The notes below the pieces were generated by a model. That model was not told where the DNA came from. It did not search any database and worked only from the letters and a program-made list of their open reading frames with translations. The position numbers and the translations under genes were made by a program. Of a DNA stretch of 64,000 nt, positions 14,101-27,300 are shown piece after piece. Source of the DNA: Macrostomum lignano (taxonomy: Eukaryota); the NCBI GenBank assembly GCA_002269645.1, contig NIVC01002836.1, positions 1 through 64,000 on the forward strand. Direction: 5' to 3'. Position 1 is the stretch's first letter; the number at the start of each line of letters is the position of its first letter.

Positions 14101-14828
14101 AAAGAGGTTAAATGACCCACCACGTTTGAAACACTGCATCTACAGGGGAGGGGGTCAAATGACCTACCCCATATACCATATCTACATTCTAAAATAGCTC
14201 GGACCCAGACGACCCCTCCACAGGAGTGGGGGTCAAATGACCCACTTAATACCTAGGACACTATATAGAGAAAAGGGGTTAAATGACCTACCAACCAACT
14301 TTAGATTGGGGGACTACAGTTTAATAATCTACAGGGACTCAAATGACCCACGCAATATCTTAGATACTAAGCAGAAGGGGGGGGTCAAATGACCTACCCT
14401 ATACCAGAGTCAGCTGATACCTCAAAACCGTTGATAATAGACCGTTGAGATAAATGAGCCACCTGGCCTGGGGTGAAAACTTTAACTTGAGAATGGGACT
14501 ACTATATCTTTAACTACAGGGGGCTCGAATGACCTACCTCATATACTATATCTAGATTGGGTCAGATCCTGATGACCACTTCACACCATTCAAATATAAA
14601 GACACGAGGTCAAACAACCTATCGCATAACTGAGACAATATACCCTACAAAGAGATAAAGAACCCGAGAAGGGCAAGATAGAGAACCCGGTGCATGACTC
14701 CGGGCCAGAGGAGGGGAGAAAGGAGATGGAATAGAGATGAGAGATAGGAGAAAGGAGAGACAAAGGAATAAAGGAGAAGAGAGGACGAGAGGAGAGATGA
14801 AATAGGATAGGCGGAGAGAAGGGAGAGG

Positions 14829-14924
<96 letters not shown>

Positions 14925-17900
14925 ACACAAACCTTGAGTAGGCCAGATTGCTATTCCAAAGTTTCAAAGGACCCCCCTGAGGGCCGGATAAAGAGTTCGC
15001 CGACCCCTGCCCTACAGAATGCGTCAAAAGCAAAGTAGCAAATTGAAATCAACTGAAAGCCTCACCTTCAAGTCCCGATAGACAATGAACCTGGAGTGCA
15101 TATGCTCCAAACCGAGCAGCACTTCGGCTGCATAGAATTTCACTTCTTTCTCAGCAAAAACGCCGTGCTGGGACAGGTGATAGTGTAAATCGCCGCCATT
15201 CATCAGGTCCAAGATGAAGCAGAGTTTTTCGTTAGTCTGGAAGGCGTAGATCATGCAGACGATGAAGGGGCAGCCTTCGCCAGTGCTGACCAGGGACAGC
15301 ATGATTCGCTCGTTTAAAGCCAAAGTTTCTCCGCCTTTCAGTTTGATTCGCTTCTTGTCCAGGCATTTCATGGCGTACATTTTGCCCGTGTCAGCTTTCC
15401 GGCAGCCGTACACTTCGCCGAAGCCGCCGCGGCCGATGATCCGGTGCACGCTGAAGTCGTTCATCGTTAACTGCAGACAGAGGAATTTTGTCACTTGTTA
15501 GACTGTGATATAAGAAGAGACCATAACTCCATTGATTTGTTCAGGTCCGAGGGATTCACACTAATAAGTGTGACGAATATAATAATATGAGACGTGTGCA
15601 TCGAAAAATTGACAAAAAAATCTCACAAAAACGATCAAATCTAGTAGAATCCATTAATCTTCTATTAAGGTTCTAAAGAATCTTTCGGATCCCTAGGTAC
15701 CAAAAGTACAAAGATATCAAAGAATCTTTCGGATCCCTAGGAATTTCCCAATAAAAGTACAATGATTTCATCGAATCTTTCAGATCCCTAGGGATTTCCC
15801 AATAAAAGTACAAAGATTCCATCGAATCTTTCAGATCCCTAGGGATTTCCCAATAAAAGTACAATGAATCCATCGAATCTTTCAGATCCCTAGGGATTTC
15901 CCAATAAAAGTACAATGAATCCATCGAATCTTTCAGATCCCTAGGGATTTCCCAATAAAGTACAAAGATTCCATAGAATCTTTCGAATCCCTAGGGATTT
16001 CCCAATAAAATACAAAGATTCCATCGAATCTTTCAGATCCCTAGGGATTTCCCAATAAAATACAAAGATTCCATCGAATCTTTCGAATCCCTAGGGATTT
16101 CCCAATAAAAGTACAAAGATTCCATCGAATCTTTCAGATCCCTAGGGATTTCCCAATAAAATACAAAGATTCCATCGAATCCTTCGGATCCCTATGGTTT
16201 TTCTGATAAAAGTACAATGATTCCATCGAATCTTTCAGATCCCTAGGGATTTCCCAATAAAATACAAAGATTCCATCGAATCTTTCGAATCCCTAGGGAT
16301 TTCCCATTAAAAGTACAAAGATTCCATCGAATCTTTCGAATCCCTAGGGATTTCCCAATAAAATACAAAGATTCCATCGAATCTTTCGAATCCCTAGGGA
16401 TTTCCCAATAAAAGTACAAAGATTCCATAGAATCTTTCGAATCCCTAGGGATTTCCCAATAAAAGTACAAAGATTCCATCGTATCTTTCAGATCCCTAGG
16501 GATTTCCCAATAAAAGTACAATGAATCCATCGAATCTTTCGAATCCCTAGGGATTTCCCAATAAAATACAAAGATTCCATCGAATCTTTCGAATCCCTAG
16601 GGATTTCCCATTAAAAGTACAAAGATTCCATCGAATCTTTCGAATCCCTAGGGATTTCCCAATAAAATACAAAGATTCCATCGAATCTTTCGAATCCCTA
16701 GGGATTTCCCAATAAAAGTACAAAGATTCCATAGAATCTTTCGAATCCCTAGGGATTTCCCAATAAAAGTACAATGAATCCATCGAATCTTTCGAATCCC
16801 TAGGGATTTCCCAATAAAATACAAAGATTCCATAGAATCTTTCGAATCCCTAGGGATTTCCCAATAAAATACAAAGATTCCATCGAATCTTTCGAATCCC
16901 TAGGGATTTCCCAATAAAATACAAAGATTCCATAGAATCTTTCGAATCCCTAGGGATTTCCCAATAAAAGTACAATGAATCCATCGAATCTTTCAGATCC
17001 CTAGAGATTTCCCAATAAAATACAAAGATTCCATCGAATCTTTCAGATCCCTAGGGATTTCCCAATAAAAGTACAAAGATTCCATCGAATCTTTCGAATC
17101 CCTAGGGATTTCCCAATAAAATACAAAGATTCCATAGAATCTTTCGAATCCCTAGGGATTTCCCAATAAAATACAAAGATTCCATAGAATCTTTCGAATC
17201 CCTAGGGATTTCCCAATAAAAGTACAAAGATTCCATCGAATCTTTCGAATCCCTAGGGATTTCCCAATAAAAGTACAAAGATTCCATCGAATCTTTCGAA
17301 TCCCTAGGGATTTCCCAATAAAATACAAAGATTCCATCGAATCTTTCGAATCCCTAGGGATTTCCCAATAAAAGTACAAAGATTCCATAGAATCTTTCAG
17401 ATCCCTAGGGATTTCCCAATAAAATACAAAGATTCCATCGAATCTTTCGGATCCCTATGGTTTTTCTGATAAAATTACAATGATCCTATCGGATATTTCA
17501 AAAAGATATGACAGCAACTTACGTGGATATTGAGTTCCAAATCTTTCCATTGGCAGAATCGTGTGAACTTGTCGGATTTTACAAACGGCTCAAAAGCCTC
17601 CCGTTTCAACACTTCGCGGATTTCGGCGGAATAAACCTGGAATGTGTCCTTGGGCAGGCGGCCGGACCTCTGGGCGCTGGTCAGGTTCTCCTGTGGGAGT
17701 CAAAAGTAACTTTAATTCGTCTCGTTAAGAGCCAGATAACTGCTCACTACTTGTGACTTCAGGGTGCGATTAAAAGTGGGAATCTTTCGCTTCAGGGTAC
17801 AATGAGTAGAACTAGACCTTTCCGCTTCAGGATTACCACGACTACAACTAGACCTTTCCGCTTCAGGATTACCACGACTACAACTAGACCTTTCCGCTTC

Positions 17901-20900
17901 AGGATTACCACGACTACAACTAGACCTTTCCGCTTCAGGATTACCATGACTAGAACTAGACCTTTCCGCTTCAGGATTACCACGACTACAACTAGACCTT
18001 TCCGCTTCAGGATTACCATGACTAGAACTAGACCTTTCCGCTTCAGGATTACCACGACTACAACTAGACCTTTCCGCTTCAGGATTACCACGACTACAAC
18101 TAGACCTTTCCGCTTCAGGATTACCATGACTAGAACTAGACCTTTCCGCTTCAGGATTACCACGACTACAACTAGACCTTTCCGCTTCAGGATTACCATG
18201 ACTAGAACTAGACCTTTCCGCTTCAGAATTACCGTGACTACAACTAGACCTTTCCGCTTCAGGATTACCATGACTAGAACTAGAAGACCTTTCCGCTTCA
18301 GGATTACCATGACTAGAACTAGACCTTTCCGCTTCAGAATTACCATGACTACAACTAGACCTTTGCACTTCAGGGTGCCATGACTAGAACTAGACATTTT
18401 TGCTTCAGGGTACCATGACTAGAACGAGAGCTATCCGCTTCAGGGAGAATAATTCTGACTGCACTCCTTCATTAGACATTGTACTCTTAAATCCTAATTA
18501 AATTTTTATGTTAGCAGAGCTGCAACACACCTGAACGCTATTGATAGCAGCTGGGCTGAATCGATGACTCTGAGCTAACAACTCCTGCATGATGAAGGAA
18601 TCGTAGATATTTCTACCCAGCTTCAGTCGCATATCTTCGCAGTCCAAGTCTTCGAACTTCTTTATCTCCTCATAAAATGCCAATACTTGGGCGCAGTCTT
18701 CATATTGCTGCTCAATGAATTCTTTGAGTAGAAGGAAGCCGAGCTTTTGATTAAAAATTTTCTCAAATGTTACTTCATTCATTTTGGTCAAGTGCTTCAT
18801 CATGATGCCTCGGATACTAAATGAGAAAGGTTAGAACATTTTGTAGTAATAGAATTTCTTGTTTGGGCTTAGGATAGTTATAAACTATGATTTTCATGGG
18901 TAACCAAACCTGACATCCGTTTGTTGGGTATTTACATGAATTCTAAGATGTCAAACATGATTAAAAACTCATTTTTCTAAGAATCTAAATTTAGAAAAGT
19001 TATATTTACAATTGTGAATGTGTACCTTTTTGTGGTTATGTAAAATATAGTCAGAGCATTTTATGAGAACTTGTATCCTAGGTTTTTTAATTTAAATTAG
19101 CATTAGAATCAACTAAGGATTCCATTCTCATTCGATTTTATTCTATTCTTTTTGATTCATATAAACTTTTCTGACTCAACTTGATCTATCAAAATGGCAA
19201 AAAATGCTTTAAAAAATGCATAATTAGCCAATAATAGCAACCCTAATTAGTCCTTTTTCAGTGCTTGATGAATGGAGCTTCAACTTTCATAGATCATTCT
19301 ATTATTGGTTTCAATGATACTAGGTAATTCAAAAATGTGTGAAAAATAGGGATAACCCTTATTAAATAGCTATAAAATATTTATAAAATGAGTCACTTTT
19401 TCCACTAATTAGGACTTTAGAAATATATAGCTCACTCAATATAGCTGGCTTCCTTTTCTATTCTATGCTCTAAGTGGTCATAAAGCTTGAGCAGGCATTG
19501 CATACATCTATATTAGACAAGCTAGTCTATACTATACATAGAACCTTTTTTAATGGTATGATTTGACCAATAGTCAAATTGGTTAAGATCTAGAGGAAAA
19601 AAAGACAACCAGCTACCAGAAGTCTTTTGATTAAGAATTTGATATTGTAAAATTAGCATCCTATAAAAGGACAATTTTTATTAGGAAACACTTGCATTAG
19701 CTATAACTTTAGATGCTATTTTAGTATAGGTATGTAAGCAGCTATATTGAGGTAGAATCCCAAAGAAAAGATTATACATAGTCCTTTGTCTTTACTAAAG
19801 ACTGTAAAAACTATAAAGAATATAGTTTAATGGCCTAAAATCTAAGATCTAGAACTACATTCTTATAAAATTTAGACTATTTTATTCATAGTTATCAAAT
19901 AAAAATTTTTGCTAATTGAATAATTTATTAAATTAGAAAACTCAAAAAAATAATTATACAATATTAAAATTAGATTAAAATCTATACCTATCTTAATTCA
20001 ATTATATTTAAATTGATGTAGCTACTTATGATGTTTCTTATAACTTTTTATTTTAGCAAAGGGCTCATTCCATATAAGATGGACATATTTGGAAAATAGA
20101 AAAAAGTCAATATTTTTGCTTGCCATTGCCTAATTAGCCTATTTTTTTTACCAAATGTTTATATTGTGCAATATATACAATCTAAGAATAAAGGAATGGT
20201 AAAATGTTGGATTAGTATGTTATCAATTGGCAAAAAGTCATTTTTGTAAAAATTTGGACATTTTTCGAAGCAAAAGACATCATTAAGATTTTGTACCTTT
20301 TAAAAACAAATAGAAAGCTTTTGAAGGTTGAAACAAACTATAGATAAAAGTATAGTACTTGCATCATCAGATAAAAGCATTGGTGACCAAATAATCTATT
20401 ATATTTTTAATGTATTAGTACCTCAAAGTTACTGAATTGACAGAAAAAAATATGTTACAACCATAATGTTACAACCATAAGGCTGCCTTTTCTTTTGTAT
20501 CTTTGTTGCCTTTTGAGTTTATATATTCTAATAAAAGAGTATGATTTCTAAAGATGTTCTTAGTCAAATTTTAAAAATGTATTGCAAAATATCAAAAATG
20601 AAAAATGTTATAAGACTTTTACCTTTTAGTTTCTATATGTCAAAAATCCTGTCGTTACGACCATAAGTGTCATTTAAGGTTTAATAGCATCTGTACTAAT
20701 GATGATATCTATATGAAACTCTATAAATATATTCTAGACAAAATAATCTTTCATTTAAAATATTGGTTTAGTATATTCTATTATTAGATTTCATTTTATA
20801 AGTAAAAATAACCTGTCATGTTACGACCATGCTTATATGGAATGAGCCAAAGCTAACAAATATTATTATATAAAAAGCATATTTTCTTTGATCAAATGAA

Positions 20901-22046
20901 AGCTAAAATAATAAATTGCAGTAACTAATAAAGCTTGCTACAAATGTACATAGAACAAATATTTTTGCAGTGAAACAAAGATACAAAGAGATTTATACTA
21001 GGCCAAAGTGATGTAAAATCTTTGTCACTTTAGTCCCACACAGATCCCACAAAGGATAAGTTAGGTAATTAGGGCTTTGTCTATGCTGCAGAGAGACAAG
21101 TGATACATTTCTGCCAAGATAGTATATAGAGATATTAAGGGGACAAACTGCCTAGAGGTAGAATGTACTTTCTATTTCTATCATAATATATAATTTAATA
21201 TTAAGATAATAGGTTATGCTCATTTATATAATCTATATTCTATAAAAATGAAAACTCTGTGTGTGTCTATATACAATTTTGATTGTTATAGACTCCCAAA
21301 CTGCTCAACCAATTTTGCTTTAGGGGTTCTTTCCTAGGTAAGTTGCATTTTTGGTCAAAAAGTAAGTTGCATGGCCAGTGTAAATCAGAGGGGTTGCACA
21401 TATATGAATGCAATACAACCCTACAAAATTTATCACACCATGTAAATTTTAAGTTTCTTTTAAAAGTACTTTAAAATTTAAATGGCCTCCTAAGAAATGC
21501 ATATTTCCTTGGTTGTTAGACTGATACAGACTGCAGTGGAGCTAAAGATATACAAATTCCTTTTAGGGCAGCAAATTGGCAAGAAAGATGACATGATCAA
21601 AGTACGAGAACAACCATGAGAGTACCATGTCCCATAAACTGGCTTTCAAAGTAGGGATAAATAGATTTTTACCTCAAAGGCCAGATACAGAATCCAGCTC
21701 ATTGCTAAGGGGCAGATAAGAATTGAAAGAAAAAGGAATAGATGATTCAAGTAGAGAGGAGAGGTGAGAAAAGGGATAAGAGAAAAGATAGAAGATAATA
21801 GAAGAGATGAGGGAGTGAGGACAATGATAGAGAGAGAGGGGAAGAGGAGAGAGGAAAAGCAGATAAGAAAGGAAAGAATAGAGGAGCAAGTAGAGAGGAA
21901 AAAGAAGAGAGTAGAGAAGAGAGAGCAAAGAGCTGCAAATGAGAGAAGAGAGGAGACAGCAGAGAGGAGAGCAGAGAAGAGAGAGAAAAGAGGTGAAAGG
22001 AGAGATAAGAGAGTAGATGGAGAAGAAAGATGGGAAAGGAGAGATA

Positions 22047-22099
<53 letters not shown>

Positions 22100-23728
22100 A
22101 AGAGAGAGGTAGAGAGAGGAGGGCACCTCTAATCCCAGGCACTAACACGATAGAAAGAACTGAAGAAAGTCAATTTAGTTGAATTGTCATATTTTGAAAT
22201 AGGTTAGGTTAATTCTTTGTTAGGGCTGTTAGAGAGAGACAAAGAGAGAGAGAAAGAGAGAGAGAGAGGAGCAAAGAGAAATATGAAGAGATAGGAAAGA
22301 AAAGGTGAAAGAGAAAGGAGAGATGAGAGAGCAAAGATAAGAGAGAAGAGATGAGGGAAGAGACAAGAGAAGAGGGGAGAGAGAAGAGAGGAGAGAAAAG
22401 AAGAGATGAGAGAGGAAAGAGAGAGAGAGAAAGAGGAAAGAATAGAGAAGAGAGATGAAAGAGTAAAGGAGAGAGTTAAAGAAAAGAAAAAAAGAGAAGA
22501 GAAGAAAGAGATAAGAGAAAAAAGGGAGAGAGGAGAGGAAAAGAGAAGAGATAAGAGGAGAGAGAAGAGAAGAGACAAGGGACAAGAGAGAAGAGGAAAG
22601 ACAAGGGACAAGACTACAAGAGAGAAGAGAGGAAACAGAAGAGACAATTAAAGTTTCAAAGGATCCAAGAGATATAGAGAGTCAGAGACAAAGGCCAGAG
22701 TTTGCCAATACATGTTTTAGAGTCAAACAGACATTGCCTAACATTCTGTACAGGATCATAGCCCAACAATATCAAATGTTTGTCTGAAATCTTAATTTTA
22801 GACAAATATACTCCATTTTCTATTTACCTCAATCTTGATAATCTTTTCTCCATTTTGTTTAACTTTACATGGACAATACACTAAAGACCTAATCCCGATT
22901 CTCGAATCCCAATCCCGATCCCGATCCCAAGAAAAAAATTATTCCCGATCCTGATCCCACCTAAAGATTTCAATCCTATCTGACCTCCATTAACTAATAA
23001 CTATTAACAAGTTTTTGTTTAAGTAAAGCCTCAGATTTTAGAATACATGAAAAAAAATTCTAGGGATTAGAATTCCCTGGTTTTAAAATCCACAGTTTAA
23101 TATAAAAATGAGTTTAAATTTATAGTTTTTTTACAAATAATACATACAGTCTTAACTCATACAAAAGTTTATATTTGAAAAGGTTAAGCTAAGATGACTT
23201 CTATTTTTATACAAATTTAATGCCTATTTATATTTTTGGGTGCTGACTAATTTGGCAACAAACAAATTCGGTGATAGAGATTCAATGAAAGAAGAAAAAT
23301 TGTGTATAGTCTTATTAATTCTTATTGTTACATATATTGGTCTAATTTATGCCTAGATTATTACCAAAATTTGCTTTTGCTGAATTTGTCCATGTTAAAT
23401 TTCTTTTGTTGAATTTGTTGATTGCCAAATTTGCGTGCATTCTATTTTTTATTATATGATTATACTTTTAGTTTTAAATGTCTTTATTTCTAATCTAACT
23501 AGCACTAAAAACAGATTTAGATAAATCAAAAATCTTTAAAATACATTTAACACATTAAAAACTCAAATATATCAAAAGGACAAGTAATATATAACTAATT
23601 AAAATTAAGACTTACCTTGGATCAGGCAAAGAAATCTTTTTACTTGCTCTTGCTGCAGGAGTGGACTTTGATTTCTCCATTGCCATCAAGTAGCTTACAT
23701 CAGCCAAAACAGCTTCTAAGTCTGCCAT
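8365..23728 (-). CDS. GRK2: G protein-coupled receptor kinase 2/3 family (beta-ARK/Gprk1-like): RH domain, kinase domain, PH domain; 725 aa
   Basis: Exons 23616-23728, 18531-18816, 17523-17690, 15066-15470, 13493-14018, 11201-11646 and 8365-8598 sum to 2178 nt with consistent phases. Starts [31 protein letters not shown]; contains [39 protein letters not shown] and the PH motif [14 protein letters not shown]. Confidence 0.97.
8785..10230. repeat. 24-bp/15-bp compound minisatellite, GRK2 intron 6
   Basis: ATAATCTGAGGATCTGAGGATTTC with the shorter ATAATCTGAGGATTT(C/T) variant. A variant block recurs about 535 bp apart. Confidence 0.97.
10965..11190. repeat. (GTCT)n microsatellite with a 24-bp derivative, next to the GRK2 exon 6 donor
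   Basis: Direct reading. Confidence 0.95.
11690..12085. repeat. 32-bp minisatellite, GRK2 intron 5
   Basis: AGATTAGGGGATAACTGAG(A/G)CAGTGGAGTGA(C/G) repeated. Confidence 0.95.
12700..13460. repeat. Abutting 21-bp (12700-12975) and 27-bp (12985-13460) minisatellites, GRK2 intron 5
   Basis: CACTTTGAATCCGGATTGCC(C/T) followed by GATCCCAAGATTTGGATCCCAATTCCA. Confidence 0.96.
14030..14620. repeat. Old degenerate repeat retaining GGTCAAATGACC palindromes, GRK2 intron 4
   Basis: About 9-10 palindrome copies (e.g. 14036, 14106, 14153, 14231, 14383) separated by diverged spacers. Confidence 0.8.
14825..14925. repeat. (GA)n microsatellite in a purine-rich tract
   Basis: Direct reading. Confidence 0.97.
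15670..17460. repeat. 50/51-bp palindrome-rich minisatellite, GRK2 intron 3
   Basis: GAATCTTTCGAATCCCTAGGGATTTCCCAATAAAAGTACAAAGATTCCATC repeated about 35 times. Confidence 0.97.
17775..18440. repeat. 36-bp minisatellite, GRK2 intron 2
   Basis: CTAGACCTTTCCGCTTCAGGATTACCA(C/T)GACTA(C/G)AA repeated, with degenerate copies at both edges. Confidence 0.97.
21740..22660. repeat. Polypurine GA-rich low-complexity tracts, GRK2 intron 1
   Basis: Direct reading. Confidence 0.92.
23245..23440. mobile_element. Decayed foldback/MITE relic in GRK2 intron 1, with a related partial copy at about 39670-39775
   Basis: Imperfect inverted AATTTGGCAACAAACAAATTC / GAATTTGTTGATTGCCAAATT. The segment GACAAATT(C/T)AGCAAAAGCAAATT is shared in inverted orientation with 39715-39750. 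Confidence 0.45.
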
Positions 23729-24393
23729 AATTTAGCTAGACTTTAGAATTACTTGTAAAAATCAAAGAATAATGCAATTTTTTTATAATTTAATAAAGGC
23801 TAAGCAAAAAAAAGCTTTATAATTATAGCCTGAATAAATTACTTTTTTAATTTTAATTTGTTTTGAATAAAGACTGGATTTTAAATGGCTTATATCTATT
23901 GACTTAGTCAATCTCAATGCAGACTTAAGCTTTAGTTTTATTATTTAATCTAATAAACTTACTCCCAAATTCTGACGTTCTAGAATTATACCATTTTTAT
24001 AAGGGCAATTGGCCAGAAAGGTTTTGATGAAAGTAGACAAACTGAAGCCAACTTGTGTACACCTACTGTTGCCTGCGTTCTAACAAATGACGATAATAAA
24101 TTACACTTTGAAACTACTGCAAAATTTTTATTATTATTCCAATAAAGAGTCTAAACCCTGGAGATATCTAGGCCTATAGTTTAGACTCAACTACAAGAGA
24201 TAGTTCACAAACATGGGCCGTGCCTAGCTCTTAACTAAACTTCTTTATTAAAAATACAAGTTAGGACTGAAGAAATTTATTGCTAGTACATTTTGACCAT
24301 GTCTGGGCTCATATTTTTTTAAATTATAATATCACAAACTGGACTTATTTGTTGTTGAATAAAAGTCAGCTGAACTCCGATTTCGTTTTGAAC

Positions 24394-27300
24394 GGGTGAT
24401 TCCCATCGAGAGGTTTCGGAGGTTTTGAGGTTTTTCAGAGGTTTCATTTCGAACAAATATTTTTGCACAAAACTTTTAATACTGTAAAAAAATTGAAATC
24501 TTACTGAAATTTACTAATGAATACAAATTTTCTTTAGAAAATAGCTCGGAGGTTTCGGATTCTTTTTAATTTTGCTTCTGATAGGCACGCGCGGAAATTA
24601 TTTAACTGTTTTTATGCGAAGTGGTAGTCAACGACACATTTTATGCCATGCCATTTTCATTGTTTCCTTTTCATTTTATAAGCGCAAAGTTGCGATTAGT
24701 CTCAAGTGTGTGTTGTTCCCTTTGAATGCATATTCGCAACTATCCTAATTTGTACTAGACCTGTCCATGTAATTAAAAACAGACACTATTTACCAATACG
24801 AATTTCATATTTTTTACTTGGTCTTAAGAAAGCTATCAATTTTTAAGCCAGACTAACTAAATTAAGACTAACAAGACCAAGTCAGTATTTTTTCATCAAG
24901 TCAGTATCAGTCGCTATTTAATATAGATTGTTAGTCTAACTAACTAAAGGCCCTAAGTATTTTACTAGGCATCTATATTGTAAAATATATTTATTTTAAT
25001 TTCACTTATTTGATATTCTTTTTTATTTTACATCCAATATACTAAAAATTTTATTTTTCTATTTTATAGTATTTACTATTTTTACATCATCATCCTAAAT
25101 TCTAACACACAATGCACATAAGATAAAAATTTATTACCTAAGCCTCTAATACTAGTATTCTCTTCACAAAGCTTTAAAAATGGCAATTTTTTATTTTACT
25201 GCTTTACCTCTACCTATAAAATTGAAAGCTCTAATGATCTGAAATGTTTATACTTTTATTTTAAATATAATTCATTAATAGCTTTATATTCAGTTATAAT
25301 TTAAGTTGATATAGTCGAGTACAATTTCTTTTACTCTTATACATTAGTAACTTGCTTTAGTTTTTGTCTTTTTATGCAAATATTCAAAGTAAATAGTAGC
25401 TTGTACTTATGTATGTCTAGTTATCACATTTTTATTCAATTTTTAATAAAAATATTTGTTTTAATAATAAACAAATATACTCTCTTATCATCCACAGTAG
25501 TTATCATGTCAATGAAATGCATGGTGCCAACCATGTTGGGGAGAAGGCTCTAAATCTTTAGATTTTCTTGTGATGTTAAGTACTTACACTAGACCCATAT
25601 ACTAAAATGTAAGACTAACATTGTATTTCTCAATCATGCCATATTTCCAGAACCCATCAAACTATGGAAATTTGTGCAAAGCAATGGCCTACTAAAATAC
25701 CATTGCTCATGATGATATGCTTCTAGAAGTCGCGGTTGGCGCGATATGCTTTTGGCGCGGTTCGACTTCAGCGTTTTTGCTCATCATTGCATCACTCAAG
25801 TCCCATTGTCGCATTTTTGGGCTTCCAGCATCAAAAATCAACTGGTTTGATAGTCTCAATTGGAGGCCATGAAAAGCAATGTCAGACATGCTGGTGCCAA
25901 TCTTGGAGAGGAATTTGCAGCCCACCTGATTGCCCTGTGGGAATTTTGCCAAGGGAACTCACACGAATCATTTTTGTCCAGCAGCAGCAGCCGAGTGTTA
26001 CTGATCCAAATGGAACTCACTACAACTGACATAATGCAACTGCCCAATTGCACTTTGCTGGCAGTAGCGGAAACCGCGCACTGAGAAGCATCGCCCATGT
26101 TCCTCACCCTACAATATTGAGGTCTCGATCACGTCGGTGGTCTTGACGATATAGGATGCAATCTTCATAGACATGCCATTGAACCTGGAATGCTATGCTG
26201 CATCTCAAAAGGCTGGCTAACGTTTTTTCAAGGGTTTAGTGCGGCGAGACTCCAAGTCTGATAGATAATCCAATGTCAGCCAGCATGCGTCAACTGCGCA
26301 AGCTTGATCCAAGCAAATGAGCTTCACGGTAGTTGCCAATCGGTCTTGCCTTATTTTTTAAGCCTTACATTTGTAAAACATCGAACATTGCAAGAATGCA
26401 TTTCAAAAAACAAAGAAGGAACGTTTTGTATTTTCTCTATCAGTAATGTATATTTATCCATACATTGCTGTTACATTGCCTAAATACACTATATTATAAA
26501 TATTCTATGAGAGTCAAATCAAAATAGTTTAAAAGTTCACATTTCAGATCTGTACATGAGAGAATATAAGTCTTGTCTTTTTATTTACTCAGATGAAAGT
26601 GAAGTTCTTAACTTTGGGAGTTAATGCGCATATGAAAGACGATGCCTGCAAAAACGAAGGCTGTAGCGCGTCATGCAGCCAGCAAGCAGTTGAAGAACTT
26701 CAGTCACTCATCTCGAAGGTAGTGCGCAGTAGATTAGCCCCTAGGCTGTCGGTTATGTCATCTGGTTAGTAGCTAGAGCACAGCCATATTCTGTATGCTG
26801 ACAACCAAACCAATTGCCACCACAAAAGCAACCAGCCTGCCAAAGCTCTAAGGGTGGCGAGCTAGGTTGCACTGAGTCGCAACATAAGTGGGTATAGGAC
26901 ATGGAATGCCATAATGCCTGTTATTAGATTCGACAAACATGAAGCATTGTTGGCCTGTACAGGCTCAGAATGCAGGCAGGAGACCAGGCAAGCGGTAGTT
27001 CAGGCATGGTATTGGCAGCTGAAACAAAGCATGTTGAAATAAAGGGTATTGATTACTTTCATCTATAACTTTTCATAAACAATCAATTTCAAAAGTCAAT
27101 ATTATTTGACATAATGATTTTCCTAAACATTTATTCTTGCAATCTTTAAAGATGCCAATACATTTATATTGAAGAAATTATATTATTTTAAAATAAACAA
27201 TGCCAAAAATGTGTCCAATGACTTTTTAGTTTTAACTCTAGTAAATGTATTGGTATCAGCTATCTAGTTTATTGCTCAACATAGATTTTTAGCATCAAAC

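Noticed and set aside
14030-14620. CRISPR array
   Set aside because: Eukaryotic intron, no cas genes, irregular spacer lengths, and spacers share residual similarity with each other.
21674-22651. Lys/Arg/Glu-rich or hydrophobic membrane-like ORFs
   Set aside because: They are translations of GA/CT low-complexity tracts in GRK2 intron 1.
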